Shown: one piece after another, positions 26,864 to 37,955 of the stretch
Position numbering within the stretch: the first letter of the stretch is position 1
Layout of the letters: each line of letters starts with the position of its first letter
Source: Marsupella aquatica
Lineage: Eukaryota > Plantae > Marchantiophyta
Length of the DNA stretch: 64,000 bases
Assembly: GCA_973895155.1 (NCBI GenBank)
Contig: OZ316896.1
Span: forward strand, 12,938,549 to 13,002,548
Direction: 5' to 3'
Program-made: the position numbers and the translations under genes
The notes under the pieces: model-generated
The model's input: only the letters and a program-made list of their open reading frames with translations
Databases searched by the model: none
What the model was told of the DNA's origin: nothing

Positions 26864-28941
26864 TTTAGCGACGACGATGAGTTTCGAGGCGGCGAAGGAG
26901 CCGAAAGACAGTTTGCTGCTGTCGAAGATGAGACTTTGACAGAGAACAGGATCCTTTCAAACTAGCTCCCGTCGAAGCAAATCGCTCGTCGATCAACGCG
27001 ACAGCTTTCGAATTGTGTGTTGCCTATAAACAATCGGCCGTGGGCATTGGAGGCAATGTGATGCGGGGTGTCTCGATCATGAAACCTTGAAAGTTTCACG
27101 AAGAGAAAAATCCTCGTCTCTGCAGGGGACGGAACGGTTGAATGCAGATTCGAGCAGATGGATTACAGTAGGATGGAGGGTTTGGGTTTGCGTTGAAGCA
27201 TGGTTGCAATTGCCTTATATAGATCTGAGAGGGTTCGAAACTGGAACGAATTCAAAACTGAAGAGAGACCACGAAGATCGTTGGAGACCAGGAAGGCCAC
27301 CACCCGGTGAACAATCCAACCGAATAAACTATATCCTGTTGTTTGGCGTACAGAAATGAAGTGGAGTGAGAAATCTCATGTCAAAAAAGGGCCCATGAAC
27401 ATCCGAAAGTTTGAAAATTGATCCGTAAAGACATGCTGAAATCTGGCAGTACTTGGGAATGCCCTGTGGCACCTAGAGCAATCCAGCGGCTTCGAGGAAT
27501 GCGCATTTGGATTTCTGTGACCTTCCTGGTTCAGCTTTCACCACACCTGTGAACTCAGGCAGAGTGTTATAATTTGAGTAGAATGCAAGGAATGATTGTG
27601 GCGAAACTTCTCCTAGACCTCCAATGTCATCCTAGAATGTAAGAAATGATCGTAGCGAACTTCTCCGAGTCCTTCGGATGTGCAGGTCGAGGCGGTGGCA
27701 GCTCCGCGTGTCTTCCGCTGAGACGGAGATACCGAACAGGGACTAATTTTCGACGAATAGCTGAACAAAGTACAACGGAGTAAACGCAAAAGATATGCAG
27801 TCCACATGTCTAATTGCCGCGTGTATACTTGCATTACAAGGATGTGGTCCCCTAATATTAGAGTTTTTTCCTTTTGTAAATGCTCCAAAAACGCAGTTTG
27901 CATCTCGAACCTCACCCAATTCGAAAAAACAAACATACAAGTGTATTTCAAACATACAAGTACACTTACACTTATTATAAATTGCAAAGGACACACAATG
28001 TGCTTTGGATCCTAATAGGAGTTGCAAAGATTTAAAAAATAAATTAACTTCTGATCTGATTTTATTACACATGTACCCTTGATGGGGGGAACCAGCAGGT
28101 CAAAAAAAATTTATAATAAACAGTTGGGCCAATTTTTAGGGTGGTAGTCATTCAAATTCGCAGGGCACAAAAAATAATAAATCTGGTAGAAGGAAGGAAC
28201 AAAGACAAGTAAATTTAGTTTAGTGTGAATGAAAAAGAGTCACACCAATGTCCAAGTAAGAGGGAATCAAGTGGGACAGGCAAACAAAAGAGTACATCAC
28301 TAACTAAGGGTAGTATTCCATCAGCCCTCAAAGTCTCCTTTGAAGGTTTAGCCCAGATCTCCGCACTTTGGGGAGCGTATTGTAGCCATTCGTCACGTGA
28401 GGCCAACCCTTCAGTACAAAATGAGAGTGGATGGCCCGGCAAGCCTTGTCTTCACGGTGACCGTGCAATCGGGAACCTTGTCAACATAGCATTTGTGACT
28501 GCCCTACTGCCGGTCCGTCGTCAGTCAGACAATGGGGAACATTTCCCCCTGCCATCAATACATCACATCAACCTGAAGCAAGCAAATTCATGGCGCTACC
28601 GCAATTCTTTGGTATTCTTTACTGAATTTGATGTGCAACTGAATGGAGACTGCGGCGGAACACATCCTTGTTAGGGGACAATTGCTACGCACTCACACGT
28701 TCTGTTCAACCTTGCAAGAATTTTTACATTCGACAAAAGGAATTCACTGGAGGTGGCTGTTGGTAAATGTTTGCTTTCTACTCTCTGCTGTTGTGGAATG
28801 AATGCTGTCAATTGGAGCCTTCATTCTGTCTTTGTATGCCGACATAATTTAGCTGATTGTTCTCTGGGATCTTTAAGGGAATTTTGTGGAAATTTCACTA
28901 CGCAATCAAGTTCCTTCGCAGATTCTAAGTTTTCTGTAATA

Positions 28942-29573
28942 ATGTCAACTCAAGCGACCACTGGAAGTGATGAAAGCGGAGCAGGAGGTTTGCACCATCG
29001 AGCTGGTGGTGCAAGAGCTCCTAGGAATGATAATTTGAATGCTCGACCTCCTCCGCATAGTGCAGCTGGTGCGGGAGCAGCTGGGAATCAAAATTTGAAT
29101 ACCATCAATGATTCGACCTCCACTAGGTAATGGAAACTCCGTGAATTGTGTATGTGTTGATTGTAGTTAAGTGCATGGATTGAACATGAAGCCTCTTTCA
29201 ATCATTCATTGGGGGACAGGATAAAGATAACAGATCAGAAGTGGAGGGAAACGTACACAATCTGCCATGGCCAAAGATGGGGTGTTGCGGCAGGCAATGC
29301 AGATGAAAAAATGTTGGGAAAGATTAGTGACCGACTTCAAGAAGGTGTATGATTACCAGAACCATATATTAGGGAGCAGACAAGAGAGCTACTATGAACT
29401 GGGGAGTGTCGACAGGAAAGACAAGAAACTCCCAGTGAATTTTGCCCATGAGCTTTTTCAGAACTCGGAGTGTTGGATGGGCACACATAGAGCTCTCAAC
29501 CCATCACCAAACCAGGTCGTGGACAGTGGAGATGTTCACGAATAAAACATGCAACAGGCTGGGGAATTCATAT
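28942..29573 (+). pseudogene. PIF/Harbinger Myb/SANT (trihelix-like) gene, 5' part, interrupted by the TIR element
   Basis: QMKKCWERLVTDFKKVYDYQ...SYYEL...DRKDKKLPVNF.HELF..W; in-frame TAA at 29543; frame continues across the insertion site. Confidence 0.75.
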
Positions 29574-30695
29574 CACCCTATTCATTAAAACTGGAATTTC
29601 TCTAGTCCAAAAGTTGACCTTCAAATTTCTTATTTTACCCCCAAAAGTTCTATAACTTGTTCCCCAAAAGCATATATTTTAGTGGCCAAATATACACTTT
29701 TTGAGGTCTAAAATTACAATTCTAATGCCCAAATTATTAATTAAATAATTCAGTTATCAATTATTAATACTTATTAATTAAAAGACAATAAAGTGTTCTT
29801 ATTATATACAATATAAACAATGAAAAAATAGAATAAGACAATATAATAAATTCAAATGACCCGTGATAACCAAGTTACACAAACAGGGAAGGTAAACCAG
29901 TGATGTATTATAAAAGTAAAAAACCTATTTTTACAGGGTCGAGACCACGTCTGCCCCAATGCAGGCTCTAGATGGTTTTGACCGGTTGTTGAATGTATAT
30001 CAATTACTATGTAAAAATCTATGTCGAGATTATCTCAACCCAAATGTAGGGTCCACATAATTTTGACCCGTTGTTGAATCTATATCTCTAGCTATTCCCT
30101 TTGTATAGGGTCCAGACCCAAATAACCTTTTTCTGAGAACATATCTACAAGTAAAAGAGGATCAACAGCATCTAGACTCAAATGGATAGTACGCATATTA
30201 GCTTCACTTATTTTTGAGTAAGAATATGTATATCTACAACTCACATTGTAACTGTTCAGTGTAGGGTCGAGATAATCTAGACCCAAATCTCATGCCCCTC
30301 CACCCCGCAGAATTCATTTGAGCAAGTAAATCTAGACCCTGACGGGTCATATTTCATATCGCGATTGCAGAAATTGAGAGGCTTCCTATTCCAGAACTTT
30401 GTGGTGAGGTCCCTACACCTCAAGACTTCTGAAACAAATCCCAGATGATTGTCTCTGTAGGGTCCTGTGTACTGATATCCAATTAACGTCTTTGCAAGGT
30501 CGTTGATTGCCTCCTCCGTCAATTCCTCCATTGGTGGTAATTGTTGCACTTCATTCTTGACATCCCAAGGAATTTCGTCCACTGTGACATCCAAGACTGT
30601 ATGGATAACCGAATGAACCCATACCATACTACCCCACTGCTCCGTCAACAACGCATAAATGACAGCCTATTGATCTCTGTCCGCTAAAACATTTA

Positions 30696-31327
30696 TCATA
30701 GACCACTTTGGATGATTGATAAAAAGGTAGTGTTGAAGATTGAAGGCATGATACAATTTCCTGAGCATAGGCCATAGTATTTCTGGAAAGAATGTATCAT
30801 CCGTGGAGTGATGCAAAATGAGGAAGAAAATAACCCACAATTCTCTGGATTTGCAAATGCCTTCATTGGAGTGTCATCAAGAAGGAGTGTATTAGTTTCA
30901 TCGTATAATCCACCATAACGTTTCCAAACCACCCTCAAATCCTTCAAATGAATATTTGCCTTCCCATTGGTAATGTCAGGCCTCTGGATTCCAGTAGCGA
31001 ATGTATCTTCTTGTGTGAGAATAAATTTGAATTGCTCTCACTCTTCTTGACTGAAGATCAAATGAATCATTTCATCCATCCTGGGTTTCCTTGCACAAGT
31101 CCAAATGGCAACATCAAATAACAAAAAAGCTGCGATTAAGAACTCATGAAGATGGGGTCGCTCAACATACATAAAGTTAAACCCTCCACGTCTCCCCCAG
31201 TGGACACCCTTGACACTTGTTGCACTACGGTGCGGTCCGGAACTTGGCGTTTTGACAGAATCCCAACACATTTGTTGAGGTCAAGAATCAATAGCTTCCG
31301 TCTGATCGGACCGTGAAGTGGAGGCAA
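30696..31327 (-). pseudogene. FCP1/NIF-like HAD phosphatase domain (transposon cargo), frameshifted
   Basis: RKLLILDLN; YVERPHLHEFL...FDVAIWT.AR; LKDLRVVW....YDETNTLLLDDTPMKAFANPEN; split by a frameshift and a TGA at 31038. Confidence 0.82.
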
Positions 31328-31849
31328 GGGTCCTACAAAGAAGGAACACCAATGTTAGAATTGTGGGAGATAAAACAAAGGAATGCTCGAGACGATCTCG
31401 AGCATCACAAGTGAATGAACAACAGTCAACGTCATACCTATTGTTGGTTGAAGGTCAGTAGTTGAAGAAATCTCAGGACATCTTTGGAGATTATTGTCGA
31501 CGCACTCCACAACTGGTAAGGGCCCGCCTATTTCTGTGAAGGTAGACATAATAATTTAGACGGCTGAATTTCAGGACTGTTCAAACTAACTTGGGTTTCA
31601 ACCTCACGTGCTGAAAGACCCAAATTCATCTAGAAGGTTATCTCCTAGTTGGTTTTGGATGTCCAAATTTATCCCTCCGGGAAGGGTCTCAACAAGAGCT
31701 GGCTCAGACCAAACTGGCACTAATTTGAACTTATCCTTCCGATACTTTCTAGATCGAATAATCTTCTCAGACTGCTCTATACTGACTTGTTGACCTTTTG
31801 ACGGTCCATCAGTCCAAACATAATGAGTAGCACTTGCTTTGAGTGATTT

Positions 31850-34800
31850 CTAACCAGTTCTACCAATTTCAGTCCCCGGTTTCCTAACAAAAGGGAGAAT
31901 TACGGGGCTTCCAGTAGAAGAATCTGTGAAAACAAGCTTATTCTCTGAAGCGCAAAAGATTTGGTCCAAGGGAGAGGACGATGCACTTGCCTCGTCCTGA
32001 GGGGGAGTATGGCAGCCACTAGCTTTCTTAGTAGAGCAAATCTCATCCAGTTGAGGAGGGCTTGGAATTGGTTGGCTAATTGCATCCTGCAAGGTGGATT
32101 CCCAGCCAACATCCAAGGTTGAAGACTGTTGTTCACGTTGTGCATCCCCAAGGCCACCCGATGAAGGAACACCTGGAACGTCGAGATCATCTCGAGCATC
32201 ATTTCCAAATTCAGGCAGTATTTCACCCTCCTCTTCCATGTAGCTTGTGATTTTTGGGCCCTCCGTTTTGCGATGCTCTAAATTCTCCGCAAATACTTCC
32301 TCATAAACACTGGCTTCCACCGGAGCTATGTCTAAGGCCGCCTCTTCTATTACAACAAGGGGACCGATAGTAATGTCCTCAGATGGTAACGGCTCCTTGG
32401 GTGGCACATATAAAACCTGCTTGTTGTCATGAAGGAGCTGAGCAAAGGCTTTTGTGAATTCCATCTCTTGAGCTGTGTCCGAATACACAAAACAATCACG
32501 ACCAAGAATGACACAAGCTTTCAATGTCTGTCCTCCAGAGAAGAAATCCAACACTGTATGACCTGGGCACGAGAAATAATCAACAAGATGCTTTGTCATT
32601 CGCAAAGGCTTTGCTCTCGGATTTACAAAGCCACCACGCCGACTGACCATCTCATAAGATGGGGCCATCTTCTTCAAAACTTTGACATCAATAGTGGATT
32701 CATCGAGCTTGTCTTTCCCCTTTGATTGGTCTTTGTTGTTCCCAGTAGGGGCCTTCAAAGGCAAGATTGTGAAGTCTCTGTCCCACTTCTCACTGTAGTT
32801 CCAGAACGCATAAAAGTCATCAAAGAAAATTTGGGACCAGTCTGGTTCCTCTTCACAAAAAATTCCCCCAAAGATGATTGAGTCTCGGGCTCCAATGAGA
32901 AAATCTCCCTCCTCCTTGAGCAGCTGATCACGGTAGTAGCTCCCGTACTCCAGCTTTGTGTGGACTTTCTTCTCACGACGAATCTTTTCAAAGGCACTCT
33001 GAATCTGGCCTATCAATGGGCCTTGACGGACAAAAAAGATTACTAAGAGCTCTGTCGAGTTCGTCATCTGCAAACAATACTCCAGCAAGACAAAACTTTT
33101 GGCATCTGTCCACTGCCGTTGTCAAAGACGACCAAAATCGACAATGGAGAGTGGGCACGTCCTTTGCACCGAGTCAACAATCTTAGGCTTCATTGTCCTC
33201 ATCAAATTATCGCTAAAAAATGTGCGATAAGGAGTATCCTCCATTGAAGGCAACCCGCCAAATACCTTGCAATATATCTGCTCAAGCCTAACAATGAGAC
33301 TTTGCGGAAATGGGTCTTTTGGCCTATTTCTTTTTAGGAGGTTGGAAATCCAAACCTCTCCAGCAAGTTGTCTAAGTTTTGGCAACTCACCACGATCCAT
33401 AAATGCAGGCAAAAATTGAGTTAGCTCAAACCAAGTGAGTGAATTGGCAAACCGATCCGGATACTTCAAAACGAAGTACTCCACAATTTTTGCCCTCAGC
33501 TTGGTCATGACTTTGAAAGTATGAGCCATATCACTCATTGATTGAACATCAGATTTGTTGGCTGGGTCTTTCTTCAATAAAACCTTCTGTTGTTGAACGA
33601 CAGTAAAAACTTTCAGAATGTCGTCACTACTCAGGTCTCCTTCAAAGCAACTAAACAATGCCGGCGTAATCATTTTTGTTGTCCGGGATTTCCCATTTAT
33701 TTTTGAACCTAACTCCCCTAGACCATCCGGAAGAAGTCCCTTGACCCAATCGATGCACATTTGTCTCCAAGTTCGGAAGAGGTTCTCATCCAAAAACAAC
33801 AACCAAAAAATATTCCTCAGATCGGATTTTCCAGTTGTTATTTTGGCAAGGGCCATAAAATCCTGATCCAAATAGTACAAAGAAAATCTGAGGCTCGAGA
33901 TGATCTCGAGGTAGAATTAAGGAACTATGGTAAAATTTATGGGAGAATACATGAAGATAAATCAAATACAGAAACTTGACCTCGAGGCTCGAGACAATCT
34001 TGAGCTAGAAGTGGATTTGAGTTCGAATTTACCTAGAACTTTTGATGATCCGTTAGTCTATTGGACCCAATCACGGGTCTCTCCGGATGACCACACTCGT
34101 CAAACTGTCGACGGGCATGGACCATACTATCAAGAAAACAGGACTCATACTCCATGGTCTTATTAACAGCATTTGCCCTTTGTGAGTGTTGAGCAAGTAT
34201 TGTTCTTGGAGTTCTGTTCGAAAGAATTCATGACTTTTGATATTGCAGACTCTTCGCGACCTCCTTCAACTTTGCATTGCTCTTAGCCCAACCTATGATC
34301 CAAACAGCTGCCTTTGCCGAGTGTTATCCACTGATTGCAAGGAACTGCACCTTCTTATTCTTAACACCCCACTTGAACTCCTTTCGATCCTCAGTAGTAT
34401 TCTCATAATGGAGCAACTGCAAACTCTCTCTTGAATACGGAATTAAATCTGCCACAGCTGGTACCATTCCAGGGTTTCTAACCATGGATTTTGCGACCTC
34501 CATGGCATGGTCTTTATTGAACATCCTATATACCAAAACTGCAGACGACGAATCTATACTAGTGACAGGAATATCAAAAGTTTCATTCATGCCAAATGTG
34601 TAATACTCCTCAATCTCCTTAAGAACTTTGGCTCCTTCCTTAACGCTCTTTTCTCCCGGAGCATCTCCTAGAGTGCCATTATCATTGGTATGTGCATTCA
34701 CACCCGAGGAAGATGCCGGAATGAGATCTACCTTGGGCGGCGCGGACTTTTTTTGAGGTGGAGCCTTCTTCGCTTTGCTTTCGGGTTTCTCAACCCTCTT

Positions 34801-35385
34801 CCTCTTTTGAGACACCTTTGCTTCCTTTTTGTCCAAACTTGACGTCTTGTCTCCCACAGCTACAAATTTCAATTTACCTGTTTGTCTCCGATGAGACAAC
34901 ACCCACTTTTTACAAGCATCCTCGTCAAATTCTCCGGCTCCAAACACAAAATCAGGGGATATGGATTCAAACTCCCCCAATTTGGATTCCGACATTAGTC
35001 TCAAAACCTTCCACGTGAAAGGAGTTGTGAATGCATCATCACGATCAAACCCATACTTTCGACAATAAAGGAATCCAAAAATTATGTCCGCTCCAGATGT
35101 AGGAGTATCTTCTAGCAAATTACTTGTAGTAAAACCCTCGGGGAAGAACCCCATTGATATCACGCTCAGTTGTTTCCTGGCTGCACGTTCAATGTTAAGA
35201 TCGCAAGAGTAGTTTTTGGCGTGAAGTCTAATTAGAGCCCACTTCCCTGTCTCGTGGTTCTCCACCGTCAAAACCATGTCCTTACCATTACTCGTCACAA
35301 TAAAAACAATAGGCCCTAGAAGGCTGCACACTAGAGGATCAACTAATGGAGACCTCGTCTTCACACAAATAATAGTTCCTTCCAT
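31850..35385 (-). pseudogene. ParB-like domain + amino (N4C/N6A-type) DNA methyltransferase-like fusion gene (transposon cargo), with premature stops and a probable intron (~33863-34033); start codon uncertain
   Basis: FDIPVTSID....VYR.FNKDHAMEVAKSM...FLAISG*HS (ParB-like GxH); NPRAKPLRMTKHLVDYFSCPGHTVLDFFSGGQTLKACVILGRDC (motif X/I region); ORFs 33122-33880 and 31850-33088 are in one frame. Confidence 0.7.
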
Positions 35386-37955
35386 GTCTTCAATTTCAGC
35401 AAGCTCAATGGCCCAACAGAATCCAAATAAACCCTGTCCAGGGTAGGAAATCTCGATTGCATGTTCATCTTCGACTACCAAATTAGGCGATCCCAATTTC
35501 GCACCTAGTACAACCAAAATATAGCAATTGTCATAAACATGTACTACAAAACCAAGAAACAAATAGGTGGCTCGAGATGATCTCGATCTTCCTTTTAAGT
35601 TTAATAGTCTGACATGTTCCAATGCCATTTCATCCGTGGAATTTAAAAAGAGATTTCAAACCCAAGAAATCTAAAAAGATAACACAATAGTTAGGAAACA
35701 CAATAGGCTCGAGATGATCTCGAGCCACCATCTATTTAAAAGATCTCGATCCTCATATATATCAGTTGAGGTTTTATTCCATTGCATATCATGAACCAGT
35801 CAAATTTAACGAACAACATTTTCAAGAATGATCCAATGTCACCTATTCGACCACATTCAAAACCCTCTAACTCAGTGGTTTGTCATCTTCACAAACGAGT
35901 TGGAGGACTAAGAAAGTGGTCCAAAAGGCAAGCTTGGATCACAATGAAAAGGATATTAGTAATTGACGACATGGAGTCCTTCCAACTGGAAGAAATTGGC
36001 CAAGGGATACGAATGACCATAAAGGAAGATGGTGAGGGATATATTTGGCTTGAGACGATCTCGAGCCTAACATGTCAAACGAGTGATCCGAATATCATAT
36101 TCAACAATGAACATCATATTCAATCAATGATTAAAATCCACTTTCTCCATTGACTTTTGATACCCACAAACCCGTTCGGATGTCAATAATCAGAACGAGT
36201 TGGAGGGTACAGAAGTCCTTGGAGGAAGGAAATTTTAGATATTTTGGATATGATGTTCACTTTTGAATTATAAGAGTGTGAAGAAATCTGACTAGGTAAC
36301 ATGCACGAAATGCATATTGGCTCGAGACAATCTCGAGCCTCATGCCACTTACATCAAATGCAAAATCAATTGATAGATCACAACTTTCAAAGTATTGCAA
36401 AAAACATCAATAGGCTCAAGATGATCTCGAGCCTCAACTGCACCCAAGGAATCCAGAAATAAGTGGACCAATTGAAGCTCGAGACGATCTCGAGTTAAAC
36501 CTGAACATAACAAAGATGATGAATTACGTTTAATGGTGCGATGGATCTGATGCGCTGAGTCTAGATGGGTCTAAAGCTCTTCGCCAACGGTTGCAAGGTT
36601 GTACTCAGCGAAGTCCTCCTTGGAGAAATCTACAACAGTCGACATGGCTGGTGAAGAGAGGAACGTACTACGGGCTGAGAACTTAAAAACAAATCTCAAG
36701 CCTAAACAGAATATCTCGACCCTATCAAAGCTTGAGCTTAAACACAAAATCTTGACCCTATAAAATCTCGAGGAAAAAACCTAATCTTGACCCTCTGCAA
36801 TCTCGAGGCTAATACAAGGATCTCGAGGCAAGAGCGCAAAACAATCTAGAGGCAAGGAGGCAAGGGACGCGAGGAGGCGAAGAGGCAAGGAGGCGAATGT
36901 GAAAATGGGGAATTCAAAACCCCTGAAGCCACTATAAGCCCCTCGGGGGTCGGCCTTGGCCGTGCCAAGCGTGCCAGGGCTCGTGCAGGCTCAGGCAGGC
37001 TGCCACGCAACCTGCTGGGTGCGTACAGTCATTATTACGGTCACACGTGTTGTCAACAAAGCTGTCTTATTGGCCTTTTTGTCTGTCAGGGTTTTATATA
37101 TTGCTTCTCTTTGGTCTCTAGCGGGTCATTCTTCTCATTTCGTTTCATTGCTTGCCCGTTTCTCCCTCTGCCTCTCTCTCCCTCTCCCTCTCTTTGGCTC
37201 TAGATTTCTGCTCTGATCTCTTTCTATTGTTCTTTTCAAGGGTTGTGGACTCTACGTTTGTGTTTAGGATATTTCTAGAAATTCTCATTTTAAGCCCTGA
37301 AGGAGGTCTAAAATAATTGAGCTCCTATCTTTTAGAAAACCAAACCTTTTCAGCTTATACTAGTGTCGGTCAAAATCCATTTGGAAGCCTTTTCTCTCTA
37401 TTTGATGGCCTTTTAGAAGCTATTTCTCAGTTTTTGGAAGTAAACTGGGAGCCTACTTTTTTAATTGCACCAAATCATTCCACTAGATCATCTAGAGCCA
37501 TTTATATGTTCTTATTTTGGGTGGCTTATTATTCATAATAGTTTCTTTGTCAAATACAATGTCCTTTTTGGCTCGAGATCATCTCGAGTCATAAGTTTTA
37601 TCCTCAAACTTATTCACTTTTGCCTTCTTTCTAATGGTGCATTCGGTTTTCCTTCTTATAATTGAGTTTGTAGAGAGTCGGAGGTATAGAATCTGAATTC
37701 GCTATTCAGTGAGATTTCATATTTTACCTCGAGATCTTCTCAAGCTAAATACTTCTGAATTTTTACATATTGGATTTTTTTGTCCCTCTTCTACCTCAAG
37801 ATCGTCTCGAGGTAGAAGAGTTTCTTATTTTCTCTATCACACAATTTTGTGGGATAAACTTCTACACTTGGGTTTTTTGGTTTGTCTTTGTAGTCACTTT
37901 ACCTCGAGATCATCTCGAGGTAACTACATCCAACAGTTTGGACCACTTTTTCAAA

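Noticed and set aside
27740-28940. Left terminus of the Harbinger element
   Set aside because: The right end appears deleted, so no TIR pair or TAA/TTA TSD can be verified
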